Below, piece by piece: positions 13,697 to 26,173 of a DNA stretch of 64,000 bases; the stretch's first letter is position 1, and the number at the start of each line of letters is the position of its first letter. The translations under genes and the position numbers were made by a program. The stretch covers positions 930,001 to 994,000 of the forward strand of contig NW_020845410.1 in NCBI RefSeq assembly GCF_003704095.1, written 5' to 3'. The notes beneath the pieces were generated by a model that saw only the letters and a list, made by a program, of their open reading frames with translations, did not search any database and was not told the DNA's origin. The DNA is from Pocillopora damicornis (lineage: Eukaryota).

Positions 13697-16600
13697 ATGG
13701 AAGTTAAAAACAAGGTACGTTCAATTTCTAGAGAAATCTTATTTTGGGTGACCACCTTAAGAGTGACGTTGAATGATCCATCGGAACGCAAACACCAATT
13801 CGACGAATCTTTAATAAATGGGGGGATAACGCCTTAGTTGCATGAAACATTGCATGTCTCTCATGCTTTCGATTGTTAGGACTAGTTTTTTTGCTTGTAA
13901 CGATTTGTAAAATCGTTCTTGATTTCTCTCGTTTCTTCACCTTCTTGTTGTTTAAAACCTGTTACGCCCCACCGAATTGAGTTTCCTACCAACTCGTCCT
14001 GATCGACGCACGTAAGCGTCTGGAGGCGAGATTTCGACACCAATCGTTTGTAAGCAACGAAAGACAATTTTGAAACACATTTCAAGTGGTTTTCCTTCGA
14101 TTTCACCCCTGAAAACTCGTGGAATTGAGTTTCTAAATCTCATTATGCAAGAACCTAAACTTTTGAAGGGGAAAAACAAAAGCTAAATACCGATGTTATT
14201 TGCATGACGTTTTTCATATATTTTCACCCTTGAAAACAATTTTCAAAGTTGCCATCCATTTTCAGTGTTCTTGTGGGTAAACAGACGGTCATGGTTTAGA
14301 ATAGAAACAAACTTTCTGAAAAATCTTGCTAACAGCTTGGAACAATGATTGTAATTCATTAAACCGAAAAACCGATCTGCTTCAGTGCCTTCGGAAATGA
14401 GGTATTCGTAAATCATTACTGTCGAGTGAATGAATCACGGACGAAGTTGACATTGCTCACTAATCACTAAAGTTTAGTCAAACTTAATTAACTTCCGATT
14501 TCCGAAGGTGATCTTGAAATCAACTCCTACACAACATTGCGATTGTTAAGTGTGCAAGTTGAAGGTTTCAATTGCTTAAAATTTCGATTGAATCCCGTAG
14601 GAAAATCGACTAAGTGTTTCCTTCTTTCACTGACATTTTTTATTTGTTTTTTTTTTTCAAATTTTTCTGTAATGAAATTTTAATGTTTCTGTGCTTGAAT
14701 TCTAACTAACGCAAACTTTTCCACATTTTACAGACGAGAAAAATGAACGAACCTTTTGGAGGAAAGAGCGTAAGCAGTGTGTATCAGCCCGTGACTAAGA
14801 AAGTGAAGCTCACGCCTCCTTCATCCAAAAGCGCACCGGTTTCAAACTTGAAACAGTTATCTTTTACTATGGCTGATGTACAGAAGTGCCTTTTTAACGT
14901 ATCTACTGTCCATCCAATTCACAGCCGTGAAGCCTTAGGAAAGAAAGATGGAGTTGGTTGTTTTTGTAAGTGTTTCGTGTGGGAGTTGTTTGCGCGAAAT
15001 GATGCACTTAATTCTGTGTCGATGGATTTTTTTAAATAAAAGCAAGCCAGGTGGTGTCTGTTCCTTCCATACATCATATAACAGCACCAAATTCTCGTGA
15101 TATTACTCGTGTTCTTTTATTACCGAAAAAAAAGCTTTGAATAGTTATCGATAAGTGTAAGTTTGTTATAATTTTTTTCACCGCGATTTTGCGTGCGTAG
15201 AGCTAATGCAGCTTTATCCCTTCTCTATTGTGTCATAAATCATAGCAATATTGAAATAAATTATTATTATTTTAGGGTGTGATGCAAGCGCAACAGACCC
15301 AAGCTTTAACTGCCCGCATCATAAACATGAAACCACTGCCACGAAGCAGACAAGACAATTGCCTCTCGCTTTAAGATCATTTCCGCCGGAGGTTGGCTTG
15401 TGTGTATCCAGCATTCCTGGGGAAGGATATGGAGTCTGTGCTAAGCAAAAAATTCCTATCGGGGCATGGATTGGTCCCTATGAAGGAAAGTTTGTGAAAC
15501 CTGAGGAAATTTCTTCGACTTCCAACACTTCTTACATGTGGGAGGTAGGGAAGTTGAATGATCGACTCTTAGAATAAAGTATGATTTGTTTTTTTTCTTT
15601 GTGGAGTTTTTTTTGTTAATTTCTCCGTTTACGTTCACAGATTTTTAAAGACGGTAAACTGGCGGGCTTTGTGGATGGTAGTGATGAAGAGTATTCCAGC
15701 TGGATGCGGTTCATCCGCTGTGCTCGTCACAAAGGGGAACAAAACCTGTTTGCCTTCCAGTACTTGGGCAAGGTCTACTATCGTTCATTCAAGACCATCC
15801 AGCCCGGACAAGAAATGCTGGTGTGGTACGATGACAAATATCCTCAGTACCTTGGCGTTCCAAGCTCAATCTTTGATTTGGGTTCTCTTACAGTCAATGG
15901 TGAGATTTTAAGTTATGTTTTAAGCATTGGCTGATAATTTCTGCGATTTGTGTGGGAAGGTTTGTTAAGTTTGAAAAACGGATAAATTGAAACGTCTTTT
16001 CTTCATAACTTCTACAGGAAAGTCAAACAATTCGGATGCAGCAGAAATTGTACGCTTGCCGTCCGAAACCTTGACACAAAATCAGTATCCCCCTACCCCT
16101 CCCAGCTCAGTTCCTTCTCCTGGAAGCCCACAATCACCAAACAGCCAGCCAATCAGCCCTCGCCAACACTCACCTTCCATGCCAATCGGTGGAGAGCCTT
16201 TGAATGGTTTTCAGACGGAAGTGTCCTCCGCCTTCGACTTTTCCTCTGTCACTGCAGCCAACTCGTCCAATCCACTTCCATCGCCAGAAAGCGAGAGGAG
16301 CAATCCTCCCTCACCCACTTCTTATGAAGACGGGCAAAACAACGCCACTAAAATCAATCAGCCCGCGTTTAGTAGCATCACAGAACTAAGTTTGTGGAAA
16401 TGCGGCCAGTGCAAAAAGTCCTTCCCTCAAAGAACCATGCTCCAAGTTCATGTGTGCAATGAAGCCCCAAAGAAGCCATACCAGTGCGGCCACTGTTCAC
16501 TTAGCTTCGCCCACCCAGCTCAGCTGCGCGCTCACGCTGTCATTCACGCCAGTAAGAAACCATTCAAGTGCGGATACTGTTCACGTGCGTTCGCTGGGGC

Positions 16601-16739
16601 GACCACATTGAACAACCACATCAGAACGCACACCGGTGAACGCCCCTTTGTTTGCGACAAGTGCGGAAAGAACTTTACGCAAGGATCACAACTTAGCAGA
16701 CATCAGAGAATACCTGGAGACTGTGTGGCACGAGCGTGA
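13697..16739 (+). CDS. PRDM6: PRDM6-family PR/SET zinc-finger protein, copy B (~499 aa)
   Basis: Exons 13697-13714 (MEVKNK, less certain), 14734-14965 ([12 protein letters not shown]), 15276-15544, 15641-15899, 16018-16739. Total 1500 nt, in frame. Knuckle CFWC-x9-CPHH spans a splice junction; SET has [24 protein letters not shown]; the C-terminus WKCGQC...[17 protein letters not shown]...HQRIPGDC parallels human PRDM6 as recalled (HQRMPNEC). Confidence 0.92.
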
Positions 16740-19134
16740 AAGGAATGGAAACAATTAACCTTCATCTGATAGTTTTTAAAACTTTGAGTGCTCCTTAGGA
16801 AAGCTCATGGCTCAGATCTCAGATCTAACTGTTTGTTGTGGCAAAGTTTGTAGATTTTTATACGATTCATTCAAAACGGAAAACACAAGTGATTCATTCG
16901 GGAAAGTGCGTGGAGACGAAACTTAAGAACTAAAGCAACTTCGAGTTTTATGTCTAAGAAACGTAGAAAGTCGTAATTGTAATTACTTGTCGTAAAAATG
17001 TAAATATCCAGAGCGTTTCACTGCGTGACATAAATGTTACCACTTTTACTAGTAAGATGAAAAATTGTACATACGGATGGACATTTTGAGAAGTTGTTGC
17101 TCGAATTAATTGACTTTTGAAAATAAAAGGCTTCATCTGACCCAAACCATTTGTGGTCATTCCATCTGAGTGTAACTGAAAAGTTGCAACAATCTTCCGA
17201 CATGTAATTGCGAATCCATTGATATCCAGTTAATTCCGGAAGACACTCGTAAGATATCTGTTTCGTGCGAGATCTTACGCACAAGATGCTCAAACGCGTT
17301 TAAGAGCACTTTTTCACGTAAAAGTTTTCTCACATTTTCAAAAGTGCCATCAGCATTTCAGCATAAGTTTCCTTAGAGTCGTGTTTCCTTATTTGCATGT
17401 TCACAGCTTTGTCTCAGCCTCACACATTGCCAAACGCAATGCCACGAAAAAAAAAACATCTGCTTCTGAGTATAATTAATTGCTAAACGCAATGCCGTGA
17501 AAAAAAATTTAACGAGTTCTGGATTGAGAGAAGAAACTTATGCTTTTGAGTATAATTAAGGTATAATTGTTTTGCAATTTATGTAAGCCTTCCCAGGAAT
17601 GGCCACTATTTATATAAATCTCAATTTAGCAGGCACGAAAAAAAAAATTATATCTATCCGCTTTTGGCAATTGTGGTTCTACCCTTCAGCGCAGTTACCG
17701 ACCGGTCGGTCGGCAAACGATCTTTTGCCAAATTTTGCACTGTTAAAATGAACCATCAGACGAATTTCTTTAGTTGCGTCAGGTTTTAGTTGTTTTATCT
17801 TTATTCAAAGTGTTTTGTCGTTGCCTCGCCCACAGGTTTCAATACCCTTTACCAAGAAAGCCGTCACATACCATTGATTTCAACACAACCACGTATCTGC
17901 TCTCAGTGCTACAACCAAATGGCCGAACTTTCCCTTTTTGTGTTCAGTTTAGCATCGCAAATCGAAGACATGTACACTTCAGATTGTAGGAATCGAGGAA
18001 TGACAAGAAAATTTCATGTTTGCCCATTGAAATTAATAGTAATAAATTCACTACGATTCCCCAAACGGTTCACTGATTTTTCTGAATGGAGTTGATGTAA
18101 ACAGTGAAGGAACCCAGTGACATTGGAGTTGCTCATTTGTATGCGAGAGTTTAATGCGCAACTGACTTTGTTATTAATTACAGCGTCGCATTAAAATATG
18201 ACAGGAGTAGTAATGAGCCCGGCTTTTCAAAGAGAAGTCTGGTGATAACCTTTTCTGCATAATAATCTTTCGTCGTACTTCCTACCAGACAAAACCGGGT
18301 TTAAAAGGACTAAACAATTCCTTTAATATTATACCACTGGTCGTGTGATCATCCGCGCACGGCCATCATTTCGCTGTGCGACATCAACCTGCGAAAAACG
18401 AACAAGAAAAAACTTTTTTGTTTTTCTTTTTTGTAAATTACTCCTGGGACGTGACCATGAAGTCCTTAAAGCTTGTTTTATTTATAGCATGAGAAAAGGT
18501 TGAGGAAATCGCAAGTAGCCACTCAAAACTCCTTAAAATATTCTCGGATGCGCAATCTTTTTTGGTTAAATTGAAACATAACGGAAACGGAAGTGCGCCA
18601 TCATCAGCCCCCGCTTCAGGTGATATTCGTCACTTTTTCCGATAACGATTTCCAACTTCCATAACTTAGTTGCCTTTGTGTAGACTTTTTTGCGCGTATT
18701 TATTAAAAGTAATAACATAATAAATTAACATGTGGGGTCAAACGCGCATGACTTATGTGCTTCTGTTCGTTATAAGTGCAACTTTTCGTAACTTATATCG
18801 TTGCTGGATTTCAAGGCAACTTTTACTCAAATGCTCACCTCTGTTTTATTCATTAAAATATATCTTGAAGAAAATGTCCCTAACAGCTAAAAGGTCTTTT
18901 CATTTGTTGCTAATGTTAAAAAGTTTACTTATAATAAAAGCCATTGAGGAGTGCGTTGCAAATGTAACGATGAAAAAAATATGTAGTTTAATGACGTTAT
19001 TGCTATCCTTGTGCAATGACGCAAGAAAAGGCTTCCTACATCTGATTTGAGAAGAACGAAGTTATTCTGGATTCTAAATGTTTGGAAAAGAAATGGATGA
19101 ATCCACAATTTTTTTAAAATTGCAACGAGATATC

Positions 19135-19251
19135 TTTTTTTACCACTGTCGCAAAAAATCTTTCTCTAGGCATGCTTTGAATCGATTCTTACCTTTTTTT
19201 TTACTACTGTCGCAAAAAATCTTTCTCTAAACATGCTTTGAATCGATTCTT
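19135..19251. repeat. 61-bp tandem duplication just downstream of the gene C stop codon
   Basis: tac(c/t)actgtcgcaaaaaatctttctcta(gg/aa)catgctttgaatcgattctt occurs at 19141 and 19202. Confidence 0.9.
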
Positions 19252-19351
19252 TTTTTGCGAAATCACTTGATTAGCTTGTCAACTATAAACCGTTACATAT
19301 AGTTAACAATCACAAGTTTCCTAAAAAGAGAGCCAGATTGCTAGAAATGCT

Positions 19352-22300
19352 CTAGTCAGGCAGGCCGTCATAGGGAACACAATCTCCGGGTATATTCTCG
19401 TGCTTGTGAAGCTGGGAGGCCTGAGTAAAGTTTTTTCCACATCTCACGCATGAAAAAGGTTTTTCACCGGTGTGCGTGCGCACGTGGTTATGAAGAGTTG
19501 TTGCGCCCGCGAATGATCGTGAACAATAACCGCACTTGAATGGTTTCTCACCCACATGAACGACAGCGTGCGTGCGCAGCTCGTTTGGATAATCAAATGT
19601 CTGAGAGCACTGTCCACAGTGATAGGGCTTACGTGGCATGTTGGGGCATACGTGAATTTGAAGCACCGAGCGTTGGGCAAACGATTTCCCACACTGACCG
19701 CAGTTGAAAAGGTTCGCATCGGAACCATCCGAACTGTTTTCATCTTCATCAACAGACCATAACTGCGCATGCCTCTCGCCTATTTTTGACAGCGCGATTT
19801 TTGAGCCGTTACTGTATAGACCTCCAGAAGACATGGTGTCATGATGGCTGTCGTTTTGAATCGTTTGTGTATGTCCGCTGTTTAATCCAGAAGGTTTAAC
19901 TGGACCTTTATGAAGAAATCGCGCGTCCTCCGAAGAAGGAGAATTTTCAATCATTTGCACACTGTTTTGTAATGGCGCACCATCGGCTGTCCAGGAAACA
20001 TGGCGGACGCGTATGTATTCTTCAGCTGATGCACGTAAACTGTCGCCTCTGATAGAGGTGCTTTGAGTTAAGCGGCGTTTGACACCAGGTTGATCACGTG
20101 ACGGTAGCGTGGATCTGACTCCGGTTGTAAATTGAAGATTATCTTTCCAGGGACTGGATGAAGACTGATTTAAATGGGAGGAGCCTGGATTGGAATTATC
20201 ATATGGTATTACAACTACCATTTCGGGATGTTGTCTTTCTTCTATATCAAGAACAAAATAGTTGTCTGAAAACCGCGTTGGGGGGGGGGAGGGGGGGGGA
20301 GGAGAGTTACTGTATTTCGACGAGTTAACAGGGTATTTTTCATTTTCAGGAAACAATTTTTCAAAATGAAAATTAGAAATATATGTCTCATCAATGCCAG
20401 TTATACGCGTTAAACCATCCGTTACTTAACTTTATAAATTGAAGTTACATTTTATTGGGACAGGAAAATCTCGGAGTAGAGGGCGGATGATGATGAAGAC
20501 GTAATACAGGACTTCACTTAAAATGGGCACAATTTCTCCACATCCAGCAAAATAATTCTTAGGAAATTATTTATGTTGGTAGCGGACTAAGAATGATTGC
20601 TATTATAGTGACTTTACTTACCAACAGGATTATCGAGGGAAATTTCATATATTTCAAGAGGGATGCCCATATATTGCGGGTACTTCTCGTCATACCAAAC
20701 CAGCAGTTCACCTCCCGGAGGAATGTCCTTGAAAGCTCTGTAATAAATGTTACCACAGTACTGAAAGGCGTACATGTTTTGCTCGGTTCCATTCCTTGCA
20801 CATCTGATGTATCTCATCCAACTGGACTTGTTCTCATCGCGTCCGTCAATGTAATAAAGTAACTTTCCCTCGTGAAATATCTTTTGAAAAGAGAGTGATA
20901 AAATTAGCTTAAGAACTGAAAATAAGTTAGCACTTGATTTCTCGGAGGCTTAATTGGTTACACTGCCAAATATATTTTGAAGATTTGAAAATTAAAGTAT
21001 AGAAAAAAAGAAAAGTATAAAATAATCACTGGGAAACGCTTCAATTAAAATCAGTTGTGTGGATCGCCCTATTTCAGCCTGTGATTTAACGCAAACCTCA
21101 AAGGATAATTTACAAAATGTTTCACGAGGATGACTCTGAATTTAGATACTTATCATTCAATCTTTACATGAAAATCGTAGATAAAACCAAATCTACCTCC
21201 CACATATATGACGCATCAGACCCCAGTACCACCTCCTCAGGCCGCACCAGTTCCCCCTCGTATGGTCCAATCCACGTGCCCACTGGAATGATCTGTTTTG
21301 CGCAGACTCCATAACCTGCCCCAGGAATACTGGAAATGCACAAACCCACCTCATTTGGAAACGATTCGATCGCATTCGGCAATTTTACGATGTTATTGTT
21401 TGTGTCATTGTTGTTTTTGACTTTACTTGTCAGTCGGAATGACAGTTGAGGACCATGGAGCTGACATGGCTCAGTCCGTTCCAGATGACATCCTTTACAC
21501 CCTAGGGGAGGGGAGAGTGGGTATGATACAACTTAACGTTGATATGCTTGAAAGATTGCGCGTGCGTTGTCAGCTCGATTATGTAACTGTTTTTCATTTG
21601 GAATATGGCAAAACACTTCGTTTGACAAAAGATTTTTGAAACGTTATAAAGAAAGTCATCAGTATGTTTCATCCCATTTGATTCTAACGAATCCTAAAAT
21701 GGGTGTTAGCCCATTTCACTGACAAGGATAAAAAAACGACGTGAATTGAGTGGAGCTATTTATAACCTTATGTTTTTGAACTTCAAGTAACCTAACATTA
21801 TATAATAAGCTCAGTTATGTACGTATTCAAATTGGTTCTCACTTATATATATATATATCTCAGTAATAAATCACAGAGGACGTCAAAACGTGGTAAGAAC
21901 ATAAGTGACACACTCGGCTGCGCCTTGTGTGCCACTTTTTTGTTACCATATTTTGACGTCATCTGTGATCTATTATTGAACAGACGGACGGCAACTTGGA
22001 ATCTATTTGTCAAATCGACCCGATTTAGAGGCAAACGAACCGCGGCACGTGTGAAGAAGTGACTATATGAAGTTATTAACCACGACACAGCTACTGCTCT
22101 AAGAAATAAGAGGAACGGTTTGATCTGCTTATGATAACAATGGCTAAACCGGCATTTATAACTCATAAAAGTTCTTTGATTCCAGATTATAATAACTGTT
22201 GTTGCAACTTGACAGTAAAAAACAAGCGAATAACTGGGGTGCTGGAAGGCTCCTCTTGATAAAAACTTCATTTTGAGCACACTGAAGTTCTTTTTCGAGC

Positions 22301-23451
22301 TTTTTCGTTTCACTTTGATAGATGCGCAAATTTCAGGTTACATTTTAGCGTCAAACAAACCCTGTTAATTGATATAAGTTCTTTAGACTTGAAGATAATT
22401 ACTAGTAATAACCCGTGAGAGGCACCCTTCGCCGTAAAGTGAAAGCCGACTTCTGGTCAAGTTGACGCCGAACCTTTTTTCCTTATACAATGACATATTA
22501 TGCGAGCTACAAATTTCAAACAACCAAACTGAACAGATAAATAACACCATAATCTCTGTCTAAAAATATCGGATGATGATATCTAAATTTAGCTAAACAT
22601 ATGCCTCATTCTTTTGTTATTTTAACACGAAAGACTGCACTTTGCTTAATGCATTTTTCAATTTTTCTGAGGTACGAAAAAATTGTGCAGACCTCGAGAC
22701 TTCGTTAGCATTTGCATTTCGAGCGTGTGCCCAGAATCGTTCAAGTCATCCCTCTTTCGCTTGACAGCGAAAACTCGGCCGAAAGCTTTAGTGCTTGTTA
22801 ACGGTCAGTTAATTTTAAACAGCAACTGAAGGTACACAGTTTCTTTTAATTTCCTGTTGTTCAGGATCATTCGCAATTGCGGTGGGTGAGTGAATTTCGC
22901 GAAAGTAATTCATAATGTGTTGGATGAATGTTTCAAAGTTGTGTTTGGTATTGTATATTTGTCCCGGCGAATTGTTCAATTCACCCCGAAAATATGAGGC
23001 AAAATGAACGCCACCTGGTTACCTTCTGAGAACACTCATGAACAACTTAAATAAATCTTTATCCACAAGTTATGACTCTACAAGAAATTTAAGCACAGTT
23101 AGTTTCTATCACAGGAATAATTAAACTGCAAACCACAGAGTTGTTTTAACAATACCGATGTAAACCCGCGAAACCGTGGTTACGGAAATATTCGTTAAAA
23201 ATAACTTTGGCAAACATTTGACAAAATGGCGACTTACAGTAGCGGATCGCTTCTTCTTTGTGTAGACCTGAACTTCTAAAATCGTCCGTGCTCACAGAAA
23301 TGACTTGATTTCGCTGGTATAAACATTGATGAAGATCCTCTATGCTACAGAGGTTGACATCCGCGGCATGTGAGCGAACTCTTCTCGGCGTTCGAGATGA
23401 TAATGTGTGTTCACTTGCGGATTTAGGTCTTGAAATGCCTGCGTTACTCAT
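19352..23451 (-). CDS. PRDM6: PRDM6-family PR/SET zinc-finger protein, copy C (~555 aa)
   Basis: Exons in transcript order: 23451-23238 (CSIEDLHQCLYQR), 21501-21197 (CKGC-x7-CQLH knuckle, GPYEG), 20880-20622, 20241-19352 (alternative in-frame acceptor at 20265). Total 1668 nt, in frame; four fingers ending HENIPGDC. Confidence 0.9.
21865..21974. repeat. Hairpin/palindromic interspersed element in a gene C intron
   Basis: aataaatcacagaggacgtcaaaacgtggtaa is inverted relative to ttaccatattttgacgtcatctgtgatctatt (~32-bp imperfect arms); preceded by a (TA)n run. Confidence 0.7.
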
Positions 23452-25938
23452 CTGAAATTCAAACGGTAAATCGATTTATCACAAAAGAGACGCAGGACTC
23501 AAGTGCAAGTACACTTATATAACACCTTGTCATCCATCGCTGCTCCCCGCAAAATCGATTGAAATAACCCAAGGGAATTCAGGTGAAGAAAATACTTTGA
23601 TTTTACGCAATACGCGCCAAGACCAGATTAAACTAAATTAAGATTAGTACCATTTTGACAAAGATGTTAGCGAGGGTTACCACTGTGGTTGAAATCACAA
23701 CAATCACCACAAAATATTTTCGAGTTGCTAAGATTCAATAAGGTTTCCAATGTGTGATTACTTTGTTTTGACTTGAACGACTTTGACGACCTTGTGACGT
23801 AATGAACTCTTACACCGTGACTATGGCCAAGAGTTGACCGTTAGCGTGAATTTATTTTTAGCAAGTACCAAAGTTATTTTATGGTTAAGGTCAAATTTGG
23901 GCAGAGAAATCGTCCATAAATGCATTCTTTTGGTGTTTATCCCTGTGAGTAGAGTTCCTTTTGCTCATCTTCATTGTTTTTTCTTCGCTCGATCAACTCC
24001 AGCTGCTACTTTCGACAGAAGTTTATCTAGAAGGTTATGCGTAGGCAGTTGGAAAACATTGTACCATTGCAGTTATAAAGATAAATCACTTGAAGTTTGA
24101 GTGATCTTTTTGTGGTGACACGAGATCGGATCTGCTGCGCAGAAGATTTGGCGAGTCTTGTGTTCTTTAACTAATCAAGCGGAACTTGGAGATAAAATAA
24201 ATGCAAATTTTGCGTGAGAACTTCCAAAACTTTGAATCCAAATGAACTATCTCAAGGAACATTTCAAATTGAGGTACATTTGATTAAACGGAGATTTTTT
24301 GAACGCATTCGATTACTTACCTGCTGAAAACACGAATTAATTATGATCAGTTTTCTGCCACTTTTTTATTATTGCTATCGATTAGTATTATTTTTAAATA
24401 ATGCTGTTATGAACAAAAGTTTCTAGATCTGCTGAGAGCAATGATATTTATAACCATCTGAAATATCAATTGGCTATTACAACAAACAGACAAGCCTTAG
24501 GTAAACATTTTAGGTCTTCCAGAACACGTTATTTGGTTTCTGTGTCGATTAATATGCACCTCTCATCAGAAGTTATATAAGCAAACTTTTACATCAACAA
24601 GTCAGTTCCCAAAACATTGCCTTACCTGCGGATCGCCTAGCTGGGATTGCGGAGGCCTAAAGTATAACCTTAAAGGTACTTAGTTCCAAGGCATATCTCA
24701 AGGAAACTGCTGCAAAAACTAGCAACAACGCCTGTTTCGTGCAAGAAACTCTTCGTTGCTTTCATGGGAGACTGATTAAGGTGTGCTCGGCTACTCATAC
24801 TGGCTCAATAGAAATGTCAACATTTGATTGACATACGAGCGACGTCACTTTCACCTGCGCATTGTTCGAAAGGGTTTCGCTGCATAAATGATATTCCTTG
24901 ATGAAAATTTAAGTTAATTACAGAGTTAAATCTTGTGTGTATTTCTATGACAGCTTCCTTAGCTCTGCGTAAAGATCAGAGCTCAAGTATGCTGGATTCC
25001 ATATCAGGGAATTTGAGAAATTAAATTTTTTTCAAAGCTTCTTTATTTTTCTAACCCAATGAGAGAGGCAATGGCAATTGATTGGCGTGTAGATCTCACA
25101 AATGAAAGCTGCATGATTAATGATATAGCACTTCAAGATCATGAGGAAGCATGGAGAAGAAAGTCTATTACCGGATGTTTATTGAACCTGACACCTCTTC
25201 TGAAACACTGTGGTTTGGAAGCCCTTCAGGTCTTTATTACTCCAGAATGTCTGAGGGGCTCATAAAAGGTGAAATTTACTCAAACTTATAAATAATTACA
25301 AGCAGATGGTCAAACGGTCGGTTCTAACAGTGTTGCCAGATATTTCTCGTGAGCCTTGCAGTTTTAAGCCGTACAAAACAATGATATGAATACGTGGAAG
25401 ACTCTGAATGATTTACTCTTGCAATCTTATTTTCTCTTTATGGCTCATTTTGTACAGGATTGTTGTTTTTATCGTTTACATAATGTCCACGCCACAACAA
25501 TGAATATTAAGTTTCTGTAATAAGTTACAATGGTCGTGGTAAGTCATGTCTTCAAACAATACAGGATTTTAATACAATATCAGTAGTCTGTCTTATTCTC
25601 TTCTGTTGATAAATAAATTGAAAGGGGACATTCCTTTACATGTTCCAAACACCATTGTGTTGTTGCAGGAAAAGAGAAACATAAGTGAATACTAGAGGGA
25701 AGGCGTATTAGTCCGAGTCTTGCTCAACACTCATGATGGTTTGTCTCCAATCGGTATGATTCAAATTTAAATCTGCTTTAAAAGGTATTTGCGCAGCATT
25801 TTTCCCATTAAGAATGAAGTGTAAACTGAAAAGTTTGAATAGGCGTTATTTCGCGTGATACATTCAATTGAATGATTTTTGCAAACTTAGCGCCAATACA
25901 ACTGCGGTTCTTCACGTTTTTCTGGCCTGTTGGGTCAG

Positions 25939-26173
25939 TGTGCATTTGATGTTACATGAAGTCCTACTTTCATTCTGTTCCTTAATTTGTCATTATGAGG
26001 GAATTCACACTTCCTCACCCTAGAGAAGACGTTTTCCAGTGGCTAACAATCGTTGGAGCTGTGCATTTGATGTGACACGAAGTCCTGCTTTTATTCTGTT
26101 TTTTAATTTGTCACTACGAAGGAATTCACACTTCCTCACCCTGGAGAAGACGTTTTCTAGTGGCCAGCAATCG
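25939..26173. repeat. 121-bp-period tandem duplication overlapping the gene D stop codon
   Basis: Units 25939-26052 and 26060-26173 align without gaps and differ by scattered substitutions. Confidence 0.92.
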
